Assembly: GCA_965222115.1 (NCBI GenBank) | Contig: CBDCTJ010000007.1 | Span: 2,208,001 to 2,272,000 of the forward strand | Length of the DNA stretch: 64,000 nucleotides | DNA from: Planctomycetota bacterium | GTDB lineage: Bacteria > Planctomycetota > PLA2 > JAEUHO01 | Reading direction: 5' to 3' | In this document: positions 19,101 through 27,673 of the stretch, one piece after another | Layout: each line of letters opens with the position of its first letter | Position numbering within the stretch: the stretch's first letter is position 1 | Notes under the pieces: model-generated | What the model saw: the letters and a program-made list of their open reading frames with translations, nothing else | Databases searched by the model: none | Told to the model about the DNA's origin: nothing | Made by a program: the position numbers and the translations under genes

Positions 19101-19439
19101 TTTCTCCGCAACGCCATTTGCCAGAGTTGCAGGCTCGGGGAATGCACCCTCAGCCTTCTTCGCAGCGCGCTTTGCTGCATCCTTCACAGCAGATGCTGCT
19201 TCGGACGCAAGCGGTTGCGCCTTAGCGGGAACGGGCGGTGTCCCGTATTCGGACGCATCAGGCGCGGCATCGGAATCGGATCCGAAGATGCCTTTCTTGC
19301 TATCAGGCGCGTCGCTCTTAGACGTGGACGATGCCGTATCGAGATCGCCGGTAACCGACGGACTCTGACAACCGACCGAAATGAAAAGCATTCCAATGAA
19401 TGCAAGGAATGGGGCAATACGCTTCATCCCGAAATCCAT
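16173..19439 (-). CDS. Secretin (GspD/PilQ superfamily) 2, lipoprotein with TPR region and Cys/Pro-rich C-terminal tail
   Basis: Lipobox 'MLFISVGC'; TPR 'DLDAARDFFYKALQIDPQSEAA'; N3-like 'NNILIVRNTPAIHAQISDLLRQLR'; secretin 'TTVTMPDGGTLLIGG...GVPILSKIPILSMLL...LMILVRANV'. Confidence 0.9.
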   Translation of the reverse strand: MDFGMKRIAPFLAFIGMLFISVGCQSPSVTGDLDTASSTSKSDAPDSKKGIFGSDSDAAPDASEYGTPPVPAKAQPLASEAASAVKDAAKRAAKKAEGAFPEPATLANGVAEKAGNAVHGTVVEATTAANHAAAAIPFMQPAAPVVPAIAPVTGDTSGSAAGSSPTMEGLPAPSPDNGDAGPAGGMTPEDMGNVISSRNQFLVEQYVKKGRAAVEVGDLDAARDFFYKALQIDPQSEAAREGWHGLSPNRASTADQYHEDRTSVSQVRRDQASTEVRKHLNNGTQLAGEERYKEAVKEFQKALAIISWYDETGDFGTSAAAIRDLIDNTSYQAEVLERRNRQEQIRDAQEEKEIELAGIREQRMARIRSWFEGAHRAFRRGEYELARTYAKNILRSDPGNCDANRIIEMSHDAEHMKNQVENRRRFDNQWKSIMLDLERSALPQIDVVRFPDNWLEDIAIRTPRSVGDSDVGETDVANEAVMAVLRKKRVKGLVWEGATLDRAVEYLRVYTGLNFHVTPKVRDEKGEEIELTLELDDVSVYNLLDVLTSQYDLRWGPRGGVIYISMPDEVQETMKLDYYDVKDLAVAIQNFIGQDINLVPSNFAAPEPPELPEPEPIIAAENLVELIKTTIGGEPAWEEPASIEPRNNILIVRNTPAIHAQISDLLRQLRANSGILVDLEVRFLTAEDNFLRDVGVDVRGLGSGVNPVQTQGSGPPVVIDDVFFGTSANPSGVPFGTNPEPSSVGTANDAGIFYNDNSDGAYAGRVENLFDTVVRRFGDPDRLRNTGGLSFQHTYLDDTAVEVILRAVEKSERIQEITAPRITVYNTQRANVSVLNQISYVQDYEVEIAQASNIANPVIQTIQEGVVLDVRPVVSADRRFIQLELRPTVATVVRPIGEFTTNLASGPIGANAPVTLQIPELRVSKVRTTVTMPDGGTLLIGGMKFYEKDVRESGVPILSKIPILSMLLTRKGNFVNRRNLMILVRANVVSLSEREPKDNLDIPPLDVRDYVPIVDFEDCDDCEGGQCNIPAEPVPCPVAAPVMVEPAPAPCNVCDPCEPVIVNPAPPCSPCDPMMPMMEPVPMMIPGG

Positions 19440-19760
19440 CCTTTCGCTCGTAGACGATGGACGTTGCTATAGCGCATGCGGATCAACACCCGCACACGGT
19501 TCGCAACAATCACGAACGCTCCGGTTTGCGCAAAATGTGCAGTTGACTCAACTCGCGCACGGCCCCTGATTTAGGGGGGGTGTGCACCCAGTGGAATTCG
19601 CCTGCCTCTTACGCGAACCGCTCCTCCCTCCCTGGAGGATGCCTTCGCCGGTCGATATGGAAGTTTGAGCCTGTCATGTCCACGTCACCTGTACCCCCCG
19701 GAAATCGAGTCTTTTGGGGTATTGGCTTACCTATCACCCCCCTGACGTAGACTTCCGACC

Positions 19761-20567
19761 ATGACGTCGAACGACACATCCGGGGATCGCGCACTCGTGG
19801 AAGTGCTTGCTTGGATGCGACGCGCCGCGGGACCCATGCTGCCATCCGATCAACCTCCAATTGCATTTGGCGGGGCCGCATCCACGTCGATTTCAACCCG
19901 TGACCCATCCTCCGGCGTAGCTTCTGAGCAGCCTTCCACGTCCGTCAAAGCCCATCGTTCTGCGAGTTCAACGCCTTCGCTCTCCTCAGAGGAACGTAGT
20001 AATGCGATGCAACGATTGGCTGCGGACGCGGCGTCGTGCACCCGCTGCGTCTTGTGTGAGACCCGCAATCAGGTTGTGTTTGGTGAAGGCTCCCTCAAGC
20101 CCCGGTTGGTGGTCGTGGGCGAGGGGCCTGGCGCCAAGGAGGATCAGACGGGACGCCCATTTGTTGGGCCCGCAGGGCAGTTGTTGGACCGAATGTTGGC
20201 CGCGATTGGCTTGGATCGCACCTCGGTCTACATCTGCAATGTCGTCAAGTGTCGTCCGCCAAGCAACCGCGATCCGCGTCCGGGAGAGGTTGGCGCATGT
20301 CGTCCATTCCTCGATGAGCAATTGAGACTCCTAGATCCCGAGCTTGTGCTCACGGTGGGGGCGCCGGCAAGTCGCACGGTGCTTCAGACCCAGCGCGGAA
20401 TCACCAGCTTGCGGGGCCGCATTCACACGACGTCGCGCGGCCTACGCGTGCTCCCCACGTTTCATCCGGCCTATCTCTTGCGCAATCCCGCTGCAAAGCG
20501 CGATGCCTGGGCGGATATGAAGAAGGTCGCAGCGCTTCTGGAGATTGAGATTCCCAGCCGCAGATAG
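19761..20567 (+). CDS. Uracil-DNA glycosylase family 4 (Fe-S)
   Basis: 'CTRCVLC', 'VGEGPGAKED..GRPFVGPAG', 'NVVKCRPP.NRDP', 'TFHPAYLLR'. Confidence 0.95.
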   Translation: MTSNDTSGDRALVEVLAWMRRAAGPMLPSDQPPIAFGGAASTSISTRDPSSGVASEQPSTSVKAHRSASSTPSLSSEERSNAMQRLAADAASCTRCVLCETRNQVVFGEGSLKPRLVVVGEGPGAKEDQTGRPFVGPAGQLLDRMLAAIGLDRTSVYICNVVKCRPPSNRDPRPGEVGACRPFLDEQLRLLDPELVLTVGAPASRTVLQTQRGITSLRGRIHTTSRGLRVLPTFHPAYLLRNPAAKRDAWADMKKVAALLEIEIPSRR

Positions 20568-20725
20568 CATGATTTTATATGTATTTTGCAAATATATGCG
20601 GGTTAGCAGGGCAGCGGGGGCGTGGAATGGGCTCCGGGGGCGCAAAATGACGTCAATATGACCACCGAGGGGTTCACTACGCGCCCCCTCGCGCGCTTCA
20701 GACATCGCGCGGAGCGGGCGAGGGA

Positions 20726-23700
20726 GTGCAAGTGTCGCCCAGATCGCCAAATGTCACCGGATCCTCATCGAGTGGGTGGATTCGATACTTGCTGGGCCGA
20801 ATCGGGTCGAGTCAGGCTCGGTTGTATGCACTGGGATGTGCGACGCTCGCGCTACTTGTTCACTCCGGATTACGCGAGGGCGGCATTTGGCGCTATGACT
20901 CGCTCGACGCCGGTGACCGCTCGCTCTGGGCCAACGTGTCTGACTTTAGTGTTGGCAAAGAGGGGGGCTTCTTTCCGCTTCGCGATCTCAGCCTTTCGCT
21001 CGACCGTTGGCTCGCCACCGATCTCTTTGGACAGCGTGACGCGGTCGCGTGGGCTCATTCAGTTAGTTGGATACTCTTCGCCTGCGCGGTGTTGCTCTTT
21101 GTCTATCTGATGTACGACATCAGTAAGAACCGTGGCATTGCCGGCTTGGCTGGCTTATTCATGGCCACGCATCCTCTCTTTGTTGAAAGTGTCGCGTGGG
21201 TATCACGCCGTGGCGATGTGTTGGCGCTCGTGTTTTTATTTGCCGCGCACTTGCGTTGGCGATGGGGGCGCGAACGACAACAGTTGTTTCCTTTGGGCGC
21301 GTTGGTCTTGCTTGCAGCCGCTACACTTTCGCGCTCGTGGGCGTGCATGTATGGACTTGTGTTGTGGCTCGACGCGTGCATGGCCGCCAAAGAACACGAA
21401 GAGTCTAAGGCCAGCGACACAGTAGCCCTAGCGTCATCGCGCATCGTTCCACTTGTACTGCTTACGGTAGCGGGTGTTGCTTGGGAATTTTTGCGCCCTC
21501 GCAATTTGAGTGGCGCGACGTCCGTCGATGCGATGGAAGGTGCTACATCGAGTCTTGCGTCGTTTGTCTATGGGCTGATTGCACCGATTGGCCGTGCATT
21601 TGAGACGTTTCCAACACCGGGCGTCTCAACCATCCTCGCTGGATTGGGCGCCTTGGCGCTGCTTGTTTCATTGGTCCTCTTGATCGCTCGGCGCTCACGG
21701 TTGCGCGCAGTGATGGCGTTGGGGTTATGCATTTGGGTCGTGATGTGGCTTGGTCACAACGGTTGGTGGCCGTCGCGTTCGCCGGTATTTATGGATCACT
21801 ACGGTGCGCTCGCGCTGCCTGGATTGCTCGCCGTTGTAGCGGCCCTCCTGCGAGGTCCGCTTGCATGGCTTGGTGTTCTGGCCGCGTTGTTCTTTGGTTA
21901 TACGACGTGGCAGAGTTCGCCACGCTTTCGTAGCGACGAGGCGCTCCATACCCACGCGTTAGAGAATGGGGGCGGCGCACGTGCGTCGGTTGGGCTTGGC
22001 CGCGCGCTCATGCGTGGAACGTCGCCGGACTACACGCGTATCCTCGCGTTGAGCGATAGGGCCATCGCGTCGACCGAGGGCGGTGTGCTCGTAGCCGACG
22101 CAAACGCACTGCGCAGCCACGCGCTTTTCGGCTTGAATCGACCCGATGAGGCGCTGGATGCTGCAAATGCATCGGTGCGGCATGCTGAACGGCTCAGTGA
22201 CAACGTACGTGCCGTTACACGACGACGCACGCAGGCACGTGCACACGTAGGACGCGGGCGCTCATTGCAGGCCATAGGCGACACCTACTCTGCGCAAGAT
22301 GCGCTGCGACGCGCCGTCTTATTGGATCCAGACAACGCGTTGGCGCGACGAGCGTATGGATCGTTGTTGGCGTCGTCGCGAGACCCCAGCGCCATGCGTG
22401 AGGCCGTTACGCATTTACAGCGTGCGGTGGACTTGCGTCCGGAAGACGCCGCCTCGTCCATGGCGCTGGCCAATGCTCACACGCTGCTTGGCGATGGTCC
22501 GGCCGCAATCGCAGCCTTGGAACGCGCCATCGATCGTCACGGTCGTACGCCGGATTTGATTTACGCGCTCGCAAGCGTCCACATCCAGGCCACGCGCGAC
22601 TATGAACGTGCGCGTACACTGCTCCGCGAGTTGCAAGATGTCGCGCCACAGCACCCCAAGGGATCGCGCTTGCAGTGCGACCTGCACATGGCACGCGGGC
22701 GTACGCTATTTGATGAAGCACGAGCGAATCGCAAGGGGTACGCGGCTGCACTGGAGCAGTTTGACTTTGCGCTTGAGGCCGATTCCAAACGATGGGAAGC
22801 CCATATGTGGGCCGGGGATGTGCGCGCCGCGGAAGGACTCTACCCTCTCGCGGTCAATCGCTATCGCGACGCAAAGCAACTCGCGCCGGGCGAGCGTTGG
22901 ATCGCCGGTGCTGTGGCACGCGCACTCGCACTCGAGAGCGCTTGGCTCACGTCGCGGACGGACGATCCCGATGAGTTGCTGGCGGCCGCCGAGCGGTTGG
23001 CGCTTGCTTTGGACTCCGACGCCACGCGTATTGACTTGGGCTTTGCCCCTCTCGAAGATGAACTCGCAATTTTGCGTGAGGTCCGCGCCCATTTGCGCGG
23101 CGACGACGCCATTGTGAAACACCTTGCGGGCGGCGTCCTGTGTGGTGCTGCGTGCCTTGTGGCCGGGGATGAACGTGGCGCGGTCAAACACATTCTCACA
23201 ACGCTTCAGCGCATGACGGAACACGCAACGCCCGCACCATTGGTGGACGCATGTCTTCTGATGCGCGCGATTCTCTATGAGCGCACCGCCAACTTGGACG
23301 AGGCACGCCGTGACTATGACATGCTCCGTGATCGCCGATCGGACGATGTATTGCCCAAGCTGCGCTTGCTGCAAATCGAGCTGCGTGCGGCGATAGCGCG
23401 TCGCAAAACGGCCGAGGGCTTCCCGGATGAAAAGGAGACGCTGAAGAAACGTTCCGAGGAAGTTGCAAGGACAGCGGCTCGCATTGTGGCGTTTGCTGAT
23501 AGGCATCGCGCGTCGACGTCGGCGGGTCTTCTTGCTGTTGAAGCCGAGATGCATCAACGACGTTGGACGCCTGCCCTTGCACGACTCAATGACCTCGTGG
23601 AACGTTTCTGCGAACGCGAGGGTAAGGCGCCAGCGCAAGGCTGCTCGTCGGTGTATCGCGGCTACAACATGGTGTACTTGGATCAGTATCTACAGAACGC

Positions 23701-24901
23701 CGATGTGTCGTTGCTTCGCGCGGGGCATGCGGCCGTGGCCAAGGCACTACGACTCGATCGGCGTGACGCGCGAGCTCTGCTTGATGCCGCGCGGCTGGCG
23801 CGCATTGGACAGAACCCGCGGCAAGCATTGAAGCTCGCCCGCGAAGCGTATGGCTATGAGATCAAGCGTGGTGGTCCCGCCGCGCGGCTCTTGGCAGACC
23901 TGCATGTGCAAATGGGCGAGAAGGCCTTGGAGGATGGCCGAGCCGACATCGTCGAGCGCGCCATACGCGATGCGCGAACCGTGGATGCGTCTCATGCAGG
24001 CAGCTACCTCTTGCAAGCCAAGTTAATGTTGAAGATCCGCAAGATGACGATGCGCGAGCGGTACAACCGCGCCATTCAGGTTGCGCTGCGTGCTAAGGAG
24101 TTGGAACCCACCAACAACAAGGTCAATTCGTTCCTCGCGCAGTGTTACAAGATCAAAGGCACGGAGGCGCTGCTAGCGATGAGTGGTGTCCGTCGGCCCA
24201 AGAAGCCTGAGACTGCAAAGGACTGGTCCACGTTATCGGACGACGAACAAGAACGTCGCCGAGAGGCATGGCAAACCTATGTCACGGAGACCATGCCCGC
24301 GAAACGACGCCAATGGCGCGCACGTGCGGTGGACTATATGCACCAAGCACTTGTCTTGGATCCGCGAGCGGACGATGCGGAAGAAACACGCAAACGAGTC
24401 GAAGAGCTCAAGGCTACCGATCCCGAAGCGCGGTTCGAGCGCCGTCAGTTGGCGCAAAAGGCCTACGAGCGTGCCGAGTCGCTGCGCAGCCAAGGTAAGC
24501 CCATTCGCGCGTTTCACGCCTACGAACGTGCTGTGGAACTTCATCCGCGCTTCGAGCGTGCCCACTTTCGTCTGGCGCAAGTGGCCTACAAGAGCATTTT
24601 CGGGTTGCGCGCAAGCGACAAGAAGGAACGTGCCACCATCGACCGGCTTATTACGCGCGCGTTTCAATCCCTGCAGGTCTTGGATCAAATCGATCCATTC
24701 GACCGCTTTCCCGAACGTTGGCTCTACCGCGGTCTACTCAACCGTTGGCTCTACCGCGCCGACAAGCAGGAAGAAGCCAAGGTTGCTGCTATGCGTGCCT
24801 ACACGCGCTTTTTGCGTCTAAAGGAAGTTGCACGCGCCGATGCGGATAAGAACACCGAGATCGCAACGGCGCATTTGCGCATCCTCGAAGAGTCCAAGTG
24901 A
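20726..24901 (+). CDS. TMTC-like multi-pass membrane protein (GT-C-like N-terminus) with very long TPR array
   Basis: About 10 hydrophobic segments in the first ~400 aa; 'THPLFVESVAWVSRRGDVL' matches the TMTC HP..VE.V.W...R motif; many TPRs such as 'ALRRAVLLDPDNALARRAYG' and 'AYERAVELHPRFERAHFRLA'. Confidence 0.8.
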   Translation: MQVSPRSPNVTGSSSSGWIRYLLGRIGSSQARLYALGCATLALLVHSGLREGGIWRYDSLDAGDRSLWANVSDFSVGKEGGFFPLRDLSLSLDRWLATDLFGQRDAVAWAHSVSWILFACAVLLFVYLMYDISKNRGIAGLAGLFMATHPLFVESVAWVSRRGDVLALVFLFAAHLRWRWGRERQQLFPLGALVLLAAATLSRSWACMYGLVLWLDACMAAKEHEESKASDTVALASSRIVPLVLLTVAGVAWEFLRPRNLSGATSVDAMEGATSSLASFVYGLIAPIGRAFETFPTPGVSTILAGLGALALLVSLVLLIARRSRLRAVMALGLCIWVVMWLGHNGWWPSRSPVFMDHYGALALPGLLAVVAALLRGPLAWLGVLAALFFGYTTWQSSPRFRSDEALHTHALENGGGARASVGLGRALMRGTSPDYTRILALSDRAIASTEGGVLVADANALRSHALFGLNRPDEALDAANASVRHAERLSDNVRAVTRRRTQARAHVGRGRSLQAIGDTYSAQDALRRAVLLDPDNALARRAYGSLLASSRDPSAMREAVTHLQRAVDLRPEDAASSMALANAHTLLGDGPAAIAALERAIDRHGRTPDLIYALASVHIQATRDYERARTLLRELQDVAPQHPKGSRLQCDLHMARGRTLFDEARANRKGYAAALEQFDFALEADSKRWEAHMWAGDVRAAEGLYPLAVNRYRDAKQLAPGERWIAGAVARALALESAWLTSRTDDPDELLAAAERLALALDSDATRIDLGFAPLEDELAILREVRAHLRGDDAIVKHLAGGVLCGAACLVAGDERGAVKHILTTLQRMTEHATPAPLVDACLLMRAILYERTANLDEARRDYDMLRDRRSDDVLPKLRLLQIELRAAIARRKTAEGFPDEKETLKKRSEEVARTAARIVAFADRHRASTSAGLLAVEAEMHQRRWTPALARLNDLVERFCEREGKAPAQGCSSVYRGYNMVYLDQYLQNADVSLLRAGHAAVAKALRLDRRDARALLDAARLARIGQNPRQALKLAREAYGYEIKRGGPAARLLADLHVQMGEKALEDGRADIVERAIRDARTVDASHAGSYLLQAKLMLKIRKMTMRERYNRAIQVALRAKELEPTNNKVNSFLAQCYKIKGTEALLAMSGVRRPKKPETAKDWSTLSDDEQERRREAWQTYVTETMPAKRRQWRARAVDYMHQALVLDPRADDAEETRKRVEELKATDPEARFERRQLAQKAYERAESLRSQGKPIRAFHAYERAVELHPRFERAHFRLAQVAYKSIFGLRASDKKERATIDRLITRAFQSLQVLDQIDPFDRFPERWLYRGLLNRWLYRADKQEEAKVAAMRAYTRFLRLKEVARADADKNTEIATAHLRILEESK

Positions 24902-24913
24902 GGGTTCGTAACG

Positions 24914-25651
24914 ATGGCAACCGCGGGTGACACGCGTGGCAGGGGACCGCAGCGCGCTTTCGTCGAATCGCTGCCCTCAAGTGGCGCAGTGCGTCTCTCA
25001 CCCGAGGAGTCCCACCATCTCTGTCGCACACGTCGCGTGGCACAAGGGGCAACCGTTGTGCTCTTCGATGGCGAAGGCGCAACCATGCGCGGCACCTTGG
25101 TCCACGCAGACGGACGCGCAGCCGTTGTCGAGTTGGATGCGCCCTATCCCGATCGTGAACCCGCGGTTCGCGTGCACATCGCCGCCGCCGTGCCCGAACC
25201 CGCGCGTGCCGATCACATGATTGCCACCATGGCGGAACTCGGCGTGTGGAGTTATCAACCCACGCAATTTGAACGGATGCACCCCAAGCGTATTGAGCTC
25301 GTACAACGGCGCGGGGAGCGCTGGACGAAAATGACGCGAGAAGCGGCGAAGGTCAATGGGCGTAGCCGACTCATGGAGATCCGCGAGGTTTTGAGATTTC
25401 GAGAGCTCAGACTTCACGACTCGATTGTTTTGGATCCATCGCCTGACGTGCCGCCACTCGCAAGCGTAATTCGCCGTGACGCATCTAGCGCGATGCTCGT
25501 GATTGGTCCCGAAGGTGGGCTTACGCCGGGGGAGCTTGAGCATGCGCGCGAGCAAAAGGCGCGTCTCGCTAACCTGGGCGCGCCCGTCTTGCGTATCGAA
25601 ACTGCGGCACTCGCAGCGGCGGCCATCGCGCTATCCACGCCGCGGGGATAG
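24914..25651 (+). CDS. rsmE: 16S rRNA (uracil1498-N3) methyltransferase RsmE
   Basis: 'ESHHLCRTRR', 'LFDGEG', 'ELGV', SPOUT motif 'IGPEGGL...LGAPVLRIETAA'. Confidence 0.93.
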   Translation: MATAGDTRGRGPQRAFVESLPSSGAVRLSPEESHHLCRTRRVAQGATVVLFDGEGATMRGTLVHADGRAAVVELDAPYPDREPAVRVHIAAAVPEPARADHMIATMAELGVWSYQPTQFERMHPKRIELVQRRGERWTKMTREAAKVNGRSRLMEIREVLRFRELRLHDSIVLDPSPDVPPLASVIRRDASSAMLVIGPEGGLTPGELEHAREQKARLANLGAPVLRIETAALAAAAIALSTPRG

Positions 25652-25654
25652 GCT

Positions 25655-27673
25655 TTGTCGGTGCACGTTTCAAACCTCCGCCTGTTCATCACAACGCCCG
25701 GCGTGGCGGAACGTGTCTATGACTTGGTGGAGGGCGAGGCCATCTTTGGGCGCGACGAAAGCGTGACCATTCCGGTCGCAGATCGCACGTTGAGCCGCAA
25801 ACATTGCCGAATGTACATGGGGGCTGATGGCTGGCGCGTGACGGACCTCGGTTCAAAGAACGGGACGTTTCTAAATGGCGCTGTGATTCTCGACGAACGC
25901 GTGCGCTCCGGGGACAGCGTTGAGATTGGCGAGACGCGCATAGCCGTACACGACATTGAGACGACGGGTGCGGGCGCTGATATTCGCGCCCACGAACATT
26001 CGGCGCGCCTGTCAATTGAGAAGCCTGTCCCGCCGGGTCGTGCCGAGGCCGCCCACCACCGTGAGATTCGCGCGCTCAATCACCTCATGACGCTGAATGA
26101 GAAGATTAATGCGCTCGATAGCGAAGATCGATTGCTCGACGGCATCTTGGATGCCGCTATTGAACTGACTGAGGCCGCGCGCGGCTTTCTGCTAATTCGC
26201 CAAGAGGATCACTTTGTTGTGCGTCGCGCGCGTCTGCCCGATCACCGCGATATGGCCGATGCGGAAGGAAACTTTTCCGTGAGCGTTGCCACGGAAGTGA
26301 TTCGCAGCGGCAATGCCATGCTTTCTGAAGATCTGCAGCACGATCCCCGCTTTGAGGGGAGCGGAAGTGTGGCCAACTTGGACTTGCGCTCGCTCGTGTG
26401 TGTCCCCTTGCGCTCGTCCAAAGAAGTCTTTGGCGCTGTGTATCTCGACAATAGTTACGCCGAAGGGACGTTTGATGGTTGGGACGTGCGCATGCTCGAA
26501 GGCTTTGCGAGTCTCGCGTCGATTGCGATTCGCAACGCGAGGCAGCGCAAGGACATGGCGAAGCATCGGCGCGAAGCGGTGCGCCAAGCCCGTCGCATTG
26601 AACGCCTCAATGAACGTCTGCGTAAAGCGCTCAAGGTTCGCACCGACGCGCTTCGCCGCGCGCGTGAAGATCTCGCCAAGCAGGCCGATCAGTTTGGCTT
26701 GCGGTATCGCTACGAAAACGTGATTGGACGCAGTCCCGCCATGCAGGCCGTGTTGCGTACCGTGGATCGCATCACCGACCTCACCATTCCCGTCATGATC
26801 ATTGGTGAGTCCGGCACGGGCAAAGAACTCATTGCGCGAGCCATGCACTTCAACTCGGACCGTCGCGGTGAGCGATTGGTAAGCGAAAACTGCGCCGCCA
26901 TACCCGCCGCATTGGTCGAAAGTGAGTTCTTTGGTCACAAGAAGGGCGCGTTTACGGGCGCCGATCGCGATCACGTAGGGCTGTTTGAACAAGCCCATGC
27001 CGGCACGCTCTTCCTGGACGAGGTGGGGGAGATGCCCGCCGAACTCCAGAAGAAGTTCTTGCGTGTGTTGGAAGAAGGCAGCGTCCGTCGTTTGGGAAGC
27101 AAGCGCCTGCGGTCAATTGACGTACGACTCATCAGCGCCACCAACCGCAACATTGGGTCCATGTTGCAAAACGGACAGTTTCGAGAAGATCTCTATTACC
27201 GCATCGCCGGCGTCGTGATCGAGTTGCCGCCGCTGCGTGAACGCCGTCAAGACATTCCGGCGCTCGTGGCTCACTTCCTCGCCTCGGAAGGGGAAGAAGC
27301 CAGTCGCATCACCATCGATCGCGCCACGATGGATTTACTGGTGGCCTTTGACTGGCCCGGCAATGTCCGCGAACTTCGCAACGAAGTGCAGCGCCTCGTC
27401 GCCGTCCAGCGCGCGGGTGTTGTTCAACCGGCGCACTTAAGCGCACGCATTTTGAACTACGAGCCCAGCGATCCCGATGACGTACCCGAGGGCGGTCTCA
27501 AGACGATGGTGGAAGACTTGGAACGCCGCGTCCTGCGGGCCGCACTCACGCGCCATGAGTGGAATAAGAGCCGCACCGCGCGCGAACTCGGCCTCAGCCG
27601 CCTCGGCCTGCGCAAAAAGATCGAACGCTACGGCATCGACAGCGAAGAACCGCCCAAAGGTGTAAATGTGTAA
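25655..27673 (+). CDS. Sigma-54-dependent enhancer-binding protein with FHA, GAF, AAA+ and HTH domains
   Basis: FHA 'FGRD...LSRKHC...DLGSKNGT'; GAF 'LRSLVCVPL...GAVYLDN'; Walker A 'GESGTGKE'; GAFTGA; 'WPGNVREL'; HTH 'NKSRTARELGLSR'. Confidence 0.95.
   Translation: MSVHVSNLRLFITTPGVAERVYDLVEGEAIFGRDESVTIPVADRTLSRKHCRMYMGADGWRVTDLGSKNGTFLNGAVILDERVRSGDSVEIGETRIAVHDIETTGAGADIRAHEHSARLSIEKPVPPGRAEAAHHREIRALNHLMTLNEKINALDSEDRLLDGILDAAIELTEAARGFLLIRQEDHFVVRRARLPDHRDMADAEGNFSVSVATEVIRSGNAMLSEDLQHDPRFEGSGSVANLDLRSLVCVPLRSSKEVFGAVYLDNSYAEGTFDGWDVRMLEGFASLASIAIRNARQRKDMAKHRREAVRQARRIERLNERLRKALKVRTDALRRAREDLAKQADQFGLRYRYENVIGRSPAMQAVLRTVDRITDLTIPVMIIGESGTGKELIARAMHFNSDRRGERLVSENCAAIPAALVESEFFGHKKGAFTGADRDHVGLFEQAHAGTLFLDEVGEMPAELQKKFLRVLEEGSVRRLGSKRLRSIDVRLISATNRNIGSMLQNGQFREDLYYRIAGVVIELPPLRERRQDIPALVAHFLASEGEEASRITIDRATMDLLVAFDWPGNVRELRNEVQRLVAVQRAGVVQPAHLSARILNYEPSDPDDVPEGGLKTMVEDLERRVLRAALTRHEWNKSRTARELGLSRLGLRKKIERYGIDSEEPPKGVNV

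Noticed and set aside
19525-19540. TTTGCGCAAA palindrome / NtrC-like site upstream of secretin 2
   Set aside because: Spacing does not fit TGCAC-N7-GTGCA and no -24/-12 element was found nearby; too short to support alone.
19761-20567. Phage SPO1 DNA polymerase-related gene as a prophage signal
   Set aside because: It is an ordinary family 4 uracil-DNA glycosylase; no phage genes nearby.
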